DNA of 64,000 bases from a virus, in IMG/VR virus record IMGVR_UViG_3300042465_004012, positions 14,000 to 77,999 of that record; one strand, 5' to 3'. The notes beneath the pieces were generated by a model that ran no database searches, had not been told where the DNA came from, and saw only the letters and a program-made list of their open reading frames with translations. A program made the translations under genes and the position numbers. Shown piece after piece: positions 9,803 to 19,469 of the stretch; the stretch's first letter is position 1; each line of letters begins with the position of its first letter.

Positions 9803-12700
9803 ATGGCAGTAACAAATTTATTAAAAACACAAGTAGATCAACCAGTATTCGAATGGATGCGTTTTGCTCCTACAGCAACAAGCAGCACCGCTACTTTGTT
9901 GTCCTCTGATGCCAGTGCGCGATATATGTACTACATTGTCGGTCAGGCAATGTTCAGATATGATACCTATAGTGATTCATGGCAAGAATGTGCTGCACCA
10001 AATATTGCTCCTGCCACTGCCGTTACCGGAAAATATGCTGCATTCTCTGGACGCAGAGGACATACAATCAGTGCAACTTCCACCACGATAACAATTGGTG
10101 GACTTGGTAGACTGGGGAATGTTTGTGTAGGAAATAAAATTAGAATTCTTTATGGTACTGGTGCAGGACAAGAAAGAACAATTACTGCTTGCTCGGATGG
10201 AGTGATTCACGACAATGGTTTGGCAACAACTGCCAGCGCAACTCAAATCGGTGACTCTACCAAAAAATGGAGAGTTAATCAATGGGACGGTTACAACTGT
10301 CGTTTGACATTCAGTACTGGTCAGTCTCAAGTAAGAACAATTCTTTACAATGATACAACCACTCTGACATTCTCTGATACCAACCATCAAGCAGTAGATT
10401 CTTTTAACAATACTGGTTTTTCTGCCGTAACCCCCTTTGCAGTACCAGTAACAACTGCGGGTTCGCAAACTAACTTTGTAATTGAATCCAGTGAATTAAC
10501 TGTAGATTCGGCTTGGACAGTTACTCCTGATGCAAGTTCAATATACCAAATAATGACGGGTGGAATTTGGCTGATGACAGCCGCAGCAGCCACACCATTT
10601 GCTGCGTTTCAATATTATGATATTCTTTTGGACTCTTGGTTCACAAAAACTCCTTCCGGTCCAATGCATCATGCTGCTTCCTTGGGTACGGATTTTACAA
10701 TTGACAGAACAGGTGAGGCTGGTGGAGTATTTATTAGCGGTGTGACTGCTTCTTCTGCTGCTGCAAAAACATTGGTTCAAAGCGGAGCAACTTATGCATA
10801 CGACCGCTATGCAAATTATCAGTTGAGAATTGTTTCTGGTCAAGGAATTGGACAACGAAGAAGAATTGCTGCAAACTCATCAGATACTTTTTATGTTGAA
10901 AAGAAATGGGATATTACTCCAGATAACACATCGGGTTATGCAATATACGGAGATACCGACAAAATATGGCTTGCTGGAAACGCTTCATCAGCAATGTATC
11001 AATATTCGGTTGATCATGATTTGTGGACAAGTGCGCCAATAGTAGATACTGGTGTCGCTAGACAAATTTCTGCAACTCCTGCTGCGGGAAATACTGGTTT
11101 GTATGGACCACCACATGAAGGATATGCAATAACCAGTATTACTTATAATGCAACTGGTGTATTAACTACCTCAGTAAATAGCGCTGGCGGTACATATGCC
11201 GTAGGTGATTTGGTAACTTTAACAACTACTGGATCGAATGCACAGGCTTATGTTACCGGAATTACAGGAAACGGAGCAGTAACAGGATTGCAACTAGCTT
11301 TTTCTGGAACAAATTATGGTGCTGCTACAACCAGTGCGGTCTCTGGTGGTGCGGGTACAGGCTTGATTTTAAACATTACTACAGGAAAAGTAGGAAACGT
11401 AGTTTCAGCAGTAAATCACGATTTCAGGCATGGTGAATCTGTTATTATTGCTGGTTGTGCCACAGAAACAACCTTTAATAATACATTTGCAGTAATAGGA
11501 ACTAATTCTCTAACCGCATTTAGCATTGCTGCAAATGCTAGCGCAACACAAAGCCCAACTGCAGCTAGTTCACTCACCACATCTTTGATTGTAGATGCTG
11601 CTCAAAACTGGAATACAAACGAGCATGTCGGAAGAGTGGTATTCGTGCAAACAGCGGGAACGTCACCAACTAACGCGGGTGCCAGACGTATCACCGCAAA
11701 CACTGCAACAACATTAACTTTGTCGTCTGTAATTTCAGTGATGGCAAACGGAACATCTCGTTATGTGATTCAAGAAGCACGACCATTCGGTGCAATGTGC
11801 ATTGATAAAGTGGTAGAAAGATCTCCGTTAGGTTGGGCGACTTCAGGATCATCGACAACTTTGGTTGACACAACCAAAAACTGGAGAATCAATCAATATC
11901 AAAACTGCCGTGTCAGAATTGTTTCAGGAACGGGAGAAGGAAATGATGTTGTAATCACTTCCAATACTGCAACAACTCTAACTGTGGCTTCTTGGAACGT
12001 TGCAACACCAGATACAACTTCAAAGTATGAGATTATGGACTCGTATGGAATAGTAACTACTGGTGCAGGAACAACAACTGTTACTGATGCAAATAAAAAT
12101 TTCCCAACAAACTATCTGGCAGGAAAAAGAATTCGTTATATTGCTGGAACCGCTTCTTCTTCTGCTGGTGCAGCAACAGTAGAAGTTTCAGTAACATCAA
12201 ATACTGCAACAGTAATTACTGTACCTACATTGACTTCCAATGCCACAGATACATTCTATGCAATTTATGAAATTCCAGCAAGAAGCACAGGTATTGATAT
12301 AAAATGGCTGTTTGGTCTTTCCGATGTGAATAAAAAAGGAAGATGGTTGATTTCTCCCCGTGGTGGTGCTTCAAATATTTTTGATATATTTGATATCCCA
12401 ACATCAACTTGGGAACTCACGCCATTCATTACACCAATTACAACTACTTTGACTACAGGTTCCATGTATACATATGACGGAGTTGATTCGTATTACTTCA
12501 CCAAAGACGCTACAAACCGTATTTATCAACTAGACCTTTCTAAGTTCCAAGTAGAAACAGCAACATCTATTCCGTATGCTCATAGCACAGCAACCCTCAG
12601 CAATAAATTTGAAATTGTAAAAACTGTTGATGGTTTAACATATCTGTACGTCATGCGTCATACTGGTCAGGAAATGTGGCGTACTCTTAAGTTCTGGTAA
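9803..12700 (+). CDS. Large beta-rich fibre/baseplate-associated protein with internal repeats
   Basis: Several (I/V)RI..G.G.GQ.R.I..NT.T.L repeats; Thr/Ser/Gly rich; AAGGAA SD. Confidence 0.6.
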   Translation: MAVTNLLKTQVDQPVFEWMRFAPTATSSTATLLSSDASARYMYYIVGQAMFRYDTYSDSWQECAAPNIAPATAVTGKYAAFSGRRGHTISATSTTITIGGLGRLGNVCVGNKIRILYGTGAGQERTITACSDGVIHDNGLATTASATQIGDSTKKWRVNQWDGYNCRLTFSTGQSQVRTILYNDTTTLTFSDTNHQAVDSFNNTGFSAVTPFAVPVTTAGSQTNFVIESSELTVDSAWTVTPDASSIYQIMTGGIWLMTAAAATPFAAFQYYDILLDSWFTKTPSGPMHHAASLGTDFTIDRTGEAGGVFISGVTASSAAAKTLVQSGATYAYDRYANYQLRIVSGQGIGQRRRIAANSSDTFYVEKKWDITPDNTSGYAIYGDTDKIWLAGNASSAMYQYSVDHDLWTSAPIVDTGVARQISATPAAGNTGLYGPPHEGYAITSITYNATGVLTTSVNSAGGTYAVGDLVTLTTTGSNAQAYVTGITGNGAVTGLQLAFSGTNYGAATTSAVSGGAGTGLILNITTGKVGNVVSAVNHDFRHGESVIIAGCATETTFNNTFAVIGTNSLTAFSIAANASATQSPTAASSLTTSLIVDAAQNWNTNEHVGRVVFVQTAGTSPTNAGARRITANTATTLTLSSVISVMANGTSRYVIQEARPFGAMCIDKVVERSPLGWATSGSSTTLVDTTKNWRINQYQNCRVRIVSGTGEGNDVVITSNTATTLTVASWNVATPDTTSKYEIMDSYGIVTTGAGTTTVTDANKNFPTNYLAGKRIRYIAGTASSSAGAATVEVSVTSNTATVITVPTLTSNATDTFYAIYEIPARSTGIDIKWLFGLSDVNKKGRWLISPRGGASNIFDIFDIPTSTWELTPFITPITTTLTTGSMYTYDGVDSYYFTKDATNRIYQLDLSKFQVETATSIPYAHSTATLSNKFEIVKTVDGLTYLYVMRHTGQEMWRTLKFW

Positions 12701-12713
12701 ATAGTATTAACAC

Positions 12714-13091
12714 ATGCCAATTGACTTCCCAAATCCACCACTAACCATAGGACAACTATATTCATTTAATAGTACTACTTGGCAATGGAATGGTTATGCG
12801 TGGATTGTGTCTTCTAGCTCTAGTATCGCTGGAGATTATGTAATCTCATTCAATGGTATCACGGGTGCAGTTACTGGTGTAACCACTGGGAACTCAAATA
12901 CATTTGGTCCTCTTCAAAATTTTTCAAGTGGTCTGAGTGCATTTGGTGGAACATTTTCTAATAATTTACAAATAGTAGGTAATTTACTTGTAACTGGAAA
13001 AATAGTAACTGAAACTGGAATATTTGGTGTTACTTATAATTCTGAAATAGAAGTTTTAGATAATTTAAGTATGGATGGTGGAGAATTCTAA
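12714..13091 (+). CDS. Short fibre/adaptor protein
   Basis: MPIDFP..W.WNG.AW, GDYVISFNG.TGAV and C-terminal DGGEF. Confidence 0.55.
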   Translation: MPIDFPNPPLTIGQLYSFNSTTWQWNGYAWIVSSSSSIAGDYVISFNGITGAVTGVTTGNSNTFGPLQNFSSGLSAFGGTFSNNLQIVGNLLVTGKIVTETGIFGVTYNSEIEVLDNLSMDGGEF

Positions 13092-13124
13092 CACTATAAA
13101 TACCTGTAAGGGAACAAACACAAA

Positions 13125-14918
13125 ATGTCATCAAAAATTACAATTAAACGCTCAACAACTTCAGTACCACCTGCTGGTCTATCGTTTGGTGAAATGGCAT
13201 TTGTACAGGGTACAGGTCTTACAGCAAACCAATTATATGTTGGTAATTCTTTTGGTAGTCCAGTCTGGGTTGGTGCACAAATTGGAACTACTGGATCGTG
13301 GACAGATAACGCAGCAAAAACAACTCTTGCAACACAATATGCAATTGATCAAAGAATTAGTAGTCAGATCTCCGGTGGTAGTCCAATTACTACTGTATCT
13401 GACAACACAAATACAACCAGATATTTGGTATTCGGTAGTACCGCCGGTGCAGGTGTTACTCTCTTTGTTGATGATACCACTGGACCATTATCTTATAATC
13501 CATCAACTGGTACATTAACAGTAGCAGGAGATCTGAATGTTAATGGTGGAGATATTTTAACTACTCAGACTACTGCCTCACTATTCAGTTCAACTGTAAC
13601 CACTTTAGGAATAGGTTTAGCTGCCACTGCTCTTAATATGGGTGGTCTTACTGGTACGTGTACAATAAGGAATCCAGCATTGACTGTTGGTGCTTCTGGT
13701 CTTACTGGTACAATTTTTGCAGATGATGCAAAGCTTATACTTACTACCAAAAATTATAGTGGTGCTGCTGCAGATCCTGCAGACACCCCTGTAAAAATTG
13801 TTCTTAATCCTGAAATATCAGGAGGACAGGTACTTATTGAAGGTGGTGATTTACGGCTTGGTGGTAGAATTCTTGGCGGGGCTACGGCTGGTGGTAAGAT
13901 AATCTTTGATGGTGGAAATACCCTGGCATGGCAAACAACATTAACTGTAGTAGAACCAACAGCAAATAATACATTAACTCTGCCTGATACAACAGATACT
14001 CTTGTTGGTAAAGCAACCACTGATACTTTAACTAATAAGACTTTGACAAGTCCAACGATTACAACAAGTCTTCTTACTGGTAGTACAAGTTTTGCTCTTC
14101 TTAATACGACTGCTACTACTATTAACTTTGCAGGTGCAGCCACAACATTAACTGTTGGTGTTGTAGGAGGTACTGCAGCGTTTGCTGGTGCAGTTACTGT
14201 TGCTGGAGATCTTATAGTCAATGGTACTACTACAACAATAAATAGTACAACACTTACCGTAGATGACAAGAATATTGAAATGGGTGCAGTTAACACACCA
14301 GATGATACTACTGCAAATGGCGGTGGTATTATTCTTAAAGGTTTAACAGATAAATCAATTCTGTGGGATAGTGGCAACAACAATTTTACATCTAATCAAA
14401 ATTGGAATCTCCCAACAGGTAAAGAATTCAAGATAAATAATGTTTCTGTTTTAAGTTCTTCTACTCTTGGTAGTGGTATTACAGGATCTTCTCTCACACA
14501 AGTTGGTACGATTACTAGTGGTACTTGGAACGGTACTGCTATAACTGACACATACCTTGCTACAATATCAACTGCGGGTAAAGTTTTAAATTCTGCAACC
14601 ACCGCAACATCTGCAAATACTGTCAGTGCCATAGTTGCAAGAGATGGTTCTGGTGATTTTTCAGCAAGAATTATAACCGGTAATACTTTTAGTGGAAATG
14701 CCTTAACTGCAACAACTGCAACAACTGCAACAACTGCAACAACATCCACTAATATAGTTGCTACCGAACAAACAACAGGAACAATATTCCTTGTTGGTGT
14801 TGCAGCAGCTTCTGCAAGCACAGGGTTGTTGGTTAATGCAACTCCTTCGACTGCACTAACATACGATGTTGCAACTGGAGAACTTTCAGCTACTTTGATT
14901 GATGGTGGAAGCTTCTAA
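13125..14918 (+). CDS. Tail fibre protein (Mtd-N-like N-terminus)
   Basis: ITIKRS..P..L..GE motif; VAGDL.VNGTTTTINSTTLTVDDKNIE repeat; C-terminal IDGGSF; TATAAATA at 13095-13102. Confidence 0.75.
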   Translation: MSSKITIKRSTTSVPPAGLSFGEMAFVQGTGLTANQLYVGNSFGSPVWVGAQIGTTGSWTDNAAKTTLATQYAIDQRISSQISGGSPITTVSDNTNTTRYLVFGSTAGAGVTLFVDDTTGPLSYNPSTGTLTVAGDLNVNGGDILTTQTTASLFSSTVTTLGIGLAATALNMGGLTGTCTIRNPALTVGASGLTGTIFADDAKLILTTKNYSGAAADPADTPVKIVLNPEISGGQVLIEGGDLRLGGRILGGATAGGKIIFDGGNTLAWQTTLTVVEPTANNTLTLPDTTDTLVGKATTDTLTNKTLTSPTITTSLLTGSTSFALLNTTATTINFAGAATTLTVGVVGGTAAFAGAVTVAGDLIVNGTTTTINSTTLTVDDKNIEMGAVNTPDDTTANGGGIILKGLTDKSILWDSGNNNFTSNQNWNLPTGKEFKINNVSVLSSSTLGSGITGSSLTQVGTITSGTWNGTAITDTYLATISTAGKVLNSATTATSANTVSAIVARDGSGDFSARIITGNTFSGNALTATTATTATTATTSTNIVATEQTTGTIFLVGVAAASASTGLLVNATPSTALTYDVATGELSATLIDGGSF

Positions 14919-14928
14919 GGATTAATAT

Positions 14929-15135
14929 ATGAGTGAACCTAATTATAATGAAATTGTAGTTATTCCTTTGTTACAGAATAAATTTAGAGACTTAACAAAT
15001 ACTAATCTAATATTAGAGGCAAATTTGTTAATTGAGAGAGCAAAGAATGCTGATCTTACGGAGAAGTATAACATCGCCCTAAATAAACTAGATAAGAAGA
15101 AAAAGCATGAAAAGTTGGATGGCGATACATTTTAA
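14929..15135 (+). CDS. Small coiled-coil protein, likely fibre chaperone
   Basis: AAGGA SD; heptad pattern; lies between two fibre genes; ends LDGDTF. Confidence 0.55.
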   Translation: MSEPNYNEIVVIPLLQNKFRDLTNTNLILEANLLIERAKNADLTEKYNIALNKLDKKKKHEKLDGDTF

Positions 15136-15177
15136 ATAAAATACATTAATTGTTATTATGTATATAAGGTGAGTTAA

Positions 15178-16659
15178 ATGACTACTATTAAGATAAAAAA
15201 AGGTGCTGGTACTCCCTCTGGATTGACATTTGGAGAACTAGCATACGATGTTACAAATAGAAAACTTTTTATCGGAATAACTGGCGGTAATGCTTTATTA
15301 GCAAATACTGACGGTGGTGTTGCAACTTTCAATGGACTCACAGGTGCAGTTACTGGTGTAACTACAGGTGTTGCAAATACCTTTGGTCTTCTTCAAAGTT
15401 TTACAAGTGGTATTAGTGCAGCAGGTGGAACATTTTCTTCACAAACTAGATTCCTTGCGGGTATAACAGTTGCTGGTGGAGGCACATTTGGTACTGATAT
15501 TTCTGTAAATGGCATTAGAGTTGGTAAGGGGGCTGGAAATAGACCAGACAATGTGGCTCTTGGTAGTAACACACTCACTTTAAATACAACCGGAGATTAT
15601 AATTTAGCATTTGGTTCCGGTGCGCTTGCTTCAAACTTAATAGGAACCGACAATGTTGGTTTGGGATACGCAGCACTTACATTAAATACTAGTTCTAATA
15701 ATCTTGGAATAGGTAGCAGTAGTCTGGCAGCAAACTCATCCGGCACCGACAATGTCGGGGTTGGAACAAGTAGTCTAGGAGCTAATAGTACAGGTAGCAG
15801 AAACGTAGCAATTGGAAGAAGTTCATTATCTCTGAATGGTAGTGACAATGTTGGTATCGGCGCATATTCGCTATCAAATATTTCAAGTGCAACAGTAAGA
15901 AATTATAATACAGCCATAGGTAGTGATGCAGGAAGATATAGAACTGGTGGATCAAGTTTACAAGGTGCAACGGGTGGCATTTACATAGGCTATGGGGCAA
16001 AAGGAAGTGCAAACGCACAGACAAATGAAATAGTAATAGGTACTTTAGCAGAAGCCTTGGGTTCAAATACTGCAGTTATTGGAGCATCTACACAAACTGC
16101 TGCAACAATTTATGGAGTATTGAGACTTCCCGGTGGTCTGAGTGCTGCTAGTGGTATTACATTATCCGGTAATGTAGCAATGACAAGCACATCATCTCAT
16201 ACTGGTCTTGCGAGTTTTTCTGGTGGTTTGAGTGCTGCTAGTGGTATTACATTATCCGGTAATGTAGCAATGACAAGCACATCATCTCATACTGGTCTTG
16301 CGAGTTTTTCTGGTGGTTTGAGTGCTGCTGGTGGAATAACATTCTCAGCACCAATATCTTCTACTCGAATGGCTAGACACACATCAGCAGCAATATCTGC
16401 TCAGAAAACTGCGGATTTCACTCCAACTGCTGCGGAAGACGGAACGGTATTTTTTATTAATTATGGTGGTAAAGCAATGTTTATAACATTAGACTCATTA
16501 CCTATTGGTTGGAGAGCAAAATTTTTCAATATAGGTGGTGGAAGTGTTGTGTTTCAGAGTACTGCTGGAGATGTTTATGGATACGGTGCAAATGTAGGTC
16601 TAGAATTTTTTATGTTAGAAGCAATATGCATTGCTACCGATAACTATTTTGTAGGATAA
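15178..16659 (+). CDS. Tail fibre/adhesin with YadA-head-like N.A.G..AL..N repeats
   Basis: TIKIKK..P..L..GELAY N-terminus; repeated NVALG/NVGLG units. Confidence 0.7.
   Translation: MTTIKIKKGAGTPSGLTFGELAYDVTNRKLFIGITGGNALLANTDGGVATFNGLTGAVTGVTTGVANTFGLLQSFTSGISAAGGTFSSQTRFLAGITVAGGGTFGTDISVNGIRVGKGAGNRPDNVALGSNTLTLNTTGDYNLAFGSGALASNLIGTDNVGLGYAALTLNTSSNNLGIGSSSLAANSSGTDNVGVGTSSLGANSTGSRNVAIGRSSLSLNGSDNVGIGAYSLSNISSATVRNYNTAIGSDAGRYRTGGSSLQGATGGIYIGYGAKGSANAQTNEIVIGTLAEALGSNTAVIGASTQTAATIYGVLRLPGGLSAASGITLSGNVAMTSTSSHTGLASFSGGLSAASGITLSGNVAMTSTSSHTGLASFSGGLSAAGGITFSAPISSTRMARHTSAAISAQKTADFTPTAAEDGTVFFINYGGKAMFITLDSLPIGWRAKFFNIGGGSVVFQSTAGDVYGYGANVGLEFFMLEAICIATDNYFVG
16141..16329 (+). repeat. 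Perfect 90-bp tandem duplication inside the fibre gene
   Basis: 16141-16230 identical to 16231-16320, partial third copy follows. Confidence 0.9.
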
Positions 16660-16662
16660 ACA

Positions 16663-17238
16663 ATGAGTAATACATTTGCATATTATATTCATGATTATTA
16701 CAAAAACGCAAAAGATAACGGATATCATAGTTCAACAGAAAAACGATTTAGTATACTCAATGAATATACTTTCAATTCTGTTTTAGATGTGGGATCTGGT
16801 CCATGCTTTCTTAAAACATGGTTAGAAAACAAAGGTGTTACAGCATCATATGAAGCAGTAGATATTCGAGTGGAGTCATTGGCTGAATGTGCCTGTCCGC
16901 ATTATCAATCTATACCAACAAATAAAAATTATGATCTAGTGTGTTTGTTTGGAACCGTTACATATAATATTGGTGGGAACACAACTCAAAACAAAGAACT
17001 TCTAAAATCTTTGCTACAGCAGTCTAATTCCATTTGTAATTCAATATTGCTGTTTACGGTATTTAAAGACTCTGTGGGACATAGATATAAATCTAGTCGT
17101 ATAAAGGACTATTTTGTATATTTCAGTAGAGAAGAAATTACATCTATGTTGATTAGCATTGGTATCACTAAGTTTGAAATTATTGAAAACTTAAAATTAG
17201 ATCGTAATGAATTTTTTGTGGTTTGTAGCAAGAATTAA
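16663..17238 (+). CDS. Class I SAM-dependent methyltransferase
   Basis: VLDVGSGP motif I, Y.AVD, YDLV. Confidence 0.75.
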   Translation: MSNTFAYYIHDYYKNAKDNGYHSSTEKRFSILNEYTFNSVLDVGSGPCFLKTWLENKGVTASYEAVDIRVESLAECACPHYQSIPTNKNYDLVCLFGTVTYNIGGNTTQNKELLKSLLQQSNSICNSILLFTVFKDSVGHRYKSSRIKDYFVYFSREEITSMLISIGITKFEIIENLKLDRNEFFVVCSKN

Positions 17239-17261
17239 ATATATTACTCAAAGGAAATTAA

Positions 17262-17579
17262 ATGGCATTGCAAAAATCAATAACATCAGAATCAGGTGTA
17301 ACCACGGAATACTGGAAACTAAGAAATGTAAAAAATGAATATTCGTATACCGAACCAGTTAAAATAATTCTTACTCTTGATGGATATGTAAATTATCAAA
17401 TTCGTGATGAAAATTATCAACCAACGACTCGTAAAGTCTTTATCGTTGAAAATCCGGAAACATGGACAGTAATGTGTGGAACAGATGGAAAGAACAATAC
17501 ATCAAACAATCCATATAAAATTGCCTATGAATGGATCAAAGCAAATTCTGGTGAATTTACTGGAGCAATTGATGTTTGA
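17262..17579 (+). CDS. Putative tail-fibre assembly protein, paralog of 7945..8247
   Basis: Shared motifs with 7945; AAAGGAA SD. Confidence 0.5.
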   Translation: MALQKSITSESGVTTEYWKLRNVKNEYSYTEPVKIILTLDGYVNYQIRDENYQPTTRKVFIVENPETWTVMCGTDGKNNTSNNPYKIAYEWIKANSGEFTGAIDV

Positions 17580-17603
17580 TTTGGTGTAATTCTGTGGTAT
17601 AAT
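17576..17603 (+). promoter_or_regulatory. sigma70-type promoter, leaderless to dut
   Basis: TTGATT-16-TATAAT (TG extension), ATG 6 nt after the -10. Confidence 0.75.
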
Positions 17604-17609
17604 ACTAAT

Positions 17610-18125
17610 ATGTTCCTAGACTACTTCAAAGTTTCTCCAAATATTCCAGATCCAAACTTTCAGACCAAAATGGCTGCGTGTTTTGACCTTGCCGCATACA
17701 TTCCAGCAAATGAAAAAGTAAAAATTTATGATGGAAAAAAGGAAAATTTGTTTCTTCCAGACCATGATGGAGAAAAGGGTCAATACATTACCCTAATGCC
17801 TTCAGAAAGGGCTCTAGTTCGCACAGGCTTGACTTTTAACGTGCCTCAAGGATATTCTGTCCGAATACACCCTAGATCTGGAATGGCTCTTAAATACGGT
17901 CTTACGCTTGCAAACTGCGAAGGTGTGGTAGACGAAGATTACACCTATGAGACCAAACTTATCATGATTAATACTAGCACAGATCCTGTTAGAATCTATG
18001 ATAGAGATAGAATTGCACAGGGTGAACTAGTGAAGTATGAACAACCAACGCTAATGGAAATTTATACAGAACCGAGTCTGAAATCAGACCGTATCGGTGG
18101 GTTCGGTAGTACTGGAGTCAGTTGA
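17610..18125 (+). CDS. dut: Trimeric dUTPase
   Basis: AACFDL, PRSG, GVVDEDY, DRIAQ, RIGGFGSTG (motifs I-V). Confidence 0.95.
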   Translation: MFLDYFKVSPNIPDPNFQTKMAACFDLAAYIPANEKVKIYDGKKENLFLPDHDGEKGQYITLMPSERALVRTGLTFNVPQGYSVRIHPRSGMALKYGLTLANCEGVVDEDYTYETKLIMINTSTDPVRIYDRDRIAQGELVKYEQPTLMEIYTEPSLKSDRIGGFGSTGVS

Positions 18126-18353
18126 TTTCTTTTTAGTAAATTTTACTGATTTAAATTCTTTCCAGACTATCCAAAGTACAAATATAACAACTGGAAAATA
18201 CCAGAATGCCCATTCAGATGCCTTGTCTGGAGTATTGAAAAAAGAATTTTCAGAGACTGTGTGAATATGTTCACCAGTCTTTGTTTTTAATGTGACAAAT
18301 TCAGGACTTGTGCATGAAGCGAGAAAGAGAATGATTGGAAGTAAATATTTCAT
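18084..18353 (-). CDS. Lipoprotein with C-terminal TM helix (unimolecular-spanin-like architecture)
   Basis: MKYLLPIILFLAS-C lipobox; WAFWYFPVVIFVLWIVW followed by a basic tail. Confidence 0.55.
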   Translation of the reverse strand: MKYLLPIILFLASCTSPEFVTLKTKTGEHIHTVSENSFFNTPDKASEWAFWYFPVVIFVLWIVWKEFKSVKFTKKKSTDSSTTEPTDTV

Positions 18354-18781
18354 TTGTTGCTCCCTGCTGCTGAACCAAAGTAGAACCCAACAACGGCAAG
18401 TAGAACTTGACGGTTTTCTTCAGCCAAGAAATATCCTGGAATTTCAATAAAGTATTTACGAGTTGTCGCTGGAATGAATCCAAAGATAGCATCTGGTTGT
18501 TTCTGTGAAATTTCTACAAAGGTAGGAATACCAAAGAACGGTAAGACGAACGGAGCAGCCACAACTGCAAAGAGACACGAAAGTACAATAAAACGACGAA
18601 CATTCTTACCAAGATCTAAGGGGACTCTTTGTACAGCCTTATCTTGATTTTCAGTAGTTTGAGTATTCGCCTTAAGCATTTGCTCAAACATTTCTTTTTG
18701 ATCCTGAGCCCGTTGAGCCCAGTATTTGAAAAGAAACCCAGTAGCCGTTCCACCAATTAATGATATGAGTTGTTCAGACAT
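18350..18781 (-). CDS. Membrane protein, putative holin-like
   Basis: Three hydrophobic segments; VRRFIV and AVVGFYFG motifs. Confidence 0.5.
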   Translation of the reverse strand: MSEQLISLIGGTATGFLFKYWAQRAQDQKEMFEQMLKANTQTTENQDKAVQRVPLDLGKNVRRFIVLSCLFAVVAAPFVLPFFGIPTFVEISQKQPDAIFGFIPATTRKYFIEIPGYFLAEENRQVLLAVVGFYFGSAAGSNK

Positions 18782-18789
18782 AATATACC

Positions 18790-19410
18790 TCAGTTCTTTT
18801 GATGTGAAAGTTGAATCTCAATTGACTCTTTGATAGCCTTAAAGTGTTTCATTAAAATATCATGTTCTTCTAGTTGTGGTTCAAATTTTTCATTCCATTG
18901 AAGCAAAACAAATCCAACATTTGCTCCTTTATTTTTTAATGGAAGACAGGCATAATCTGAAACATTTTCATCTTCAAAGAACCCTTTGGTGTAACTTTCA
19001 GGTAATGATCGAAGAGGATAAATTAAACTTTTGTTTTCTACCACATGAACTAATAAAGGAATAAACATAGAACATAAACTTCCTTTAAGAAGTGATACTT
19101 GTGATGTATAACCTTTGTGTGTTGATTCGTGAGTTACAGAAAATTTACGCATGGAAATTCCATCCATTGTATATTCCCCGTTATGAAACTGTATAATACT
19201 TGCTCTCATGCACTTAGTAGTAACTCTAAGTTCTGTTAATAATTCATGTATTTCGGTGTGTATTGCAATAAAATTGTCTGTTTTTATTCTAGACTTTATA
19301 AATTTCATAATTCCATATACTCCCCCGATTACACCTACCATAATAAGAGAAATGATGTCTATAAATTTGGTATAATCGATGAGAGATAACAGCATATATT
19401 GAAACTCCAT
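18790..19410 (-). CDS. Single-TM protein with GAF-like domain (T4 holin T-like architecture)
   Basis: N-terminal TM, then RASIIQFHNG..KFSVTHE..LPLKN..VGFV; late promoter upstream. Confidence 0.5.
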   Translation of the reverse strand: MEFQYMLLSLIDYTKFIDIISLIMVGVIGGVYGIMKFIKSRIKTDNFIAIHTEIHELLTELRVTTKCMRASIIQFHNGEYTMDGISMRKFSVTHESTHKGYTSQVSLLKGSLCSMFIPLLVHVVENKSLIYPLRSLPESYTKGFFEDENVSDYACLPLKNKGANVGFVLLQWNEKFEPQLEEHDILMKHFKAIKESIEIQLSHQKN

Positions 19411-19423
19411 TAGTGTGCATTAA

Positions 19424-19462
19424 TATTTATATTCTTGACTATGGGGCACATTCTGGTATAAT
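19424..19462. promoter_or_regulatory. Divergent promoters: T4 late TATAAATA (-) and sigma70 (+)
   Basis: TATTTATA 19424-19431; TTGACT 19435-19440, 16-nt spacer, TATAAT 19457-19462. Confidence 0.8.
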
Positions 19463-19469
19463 ATACACC

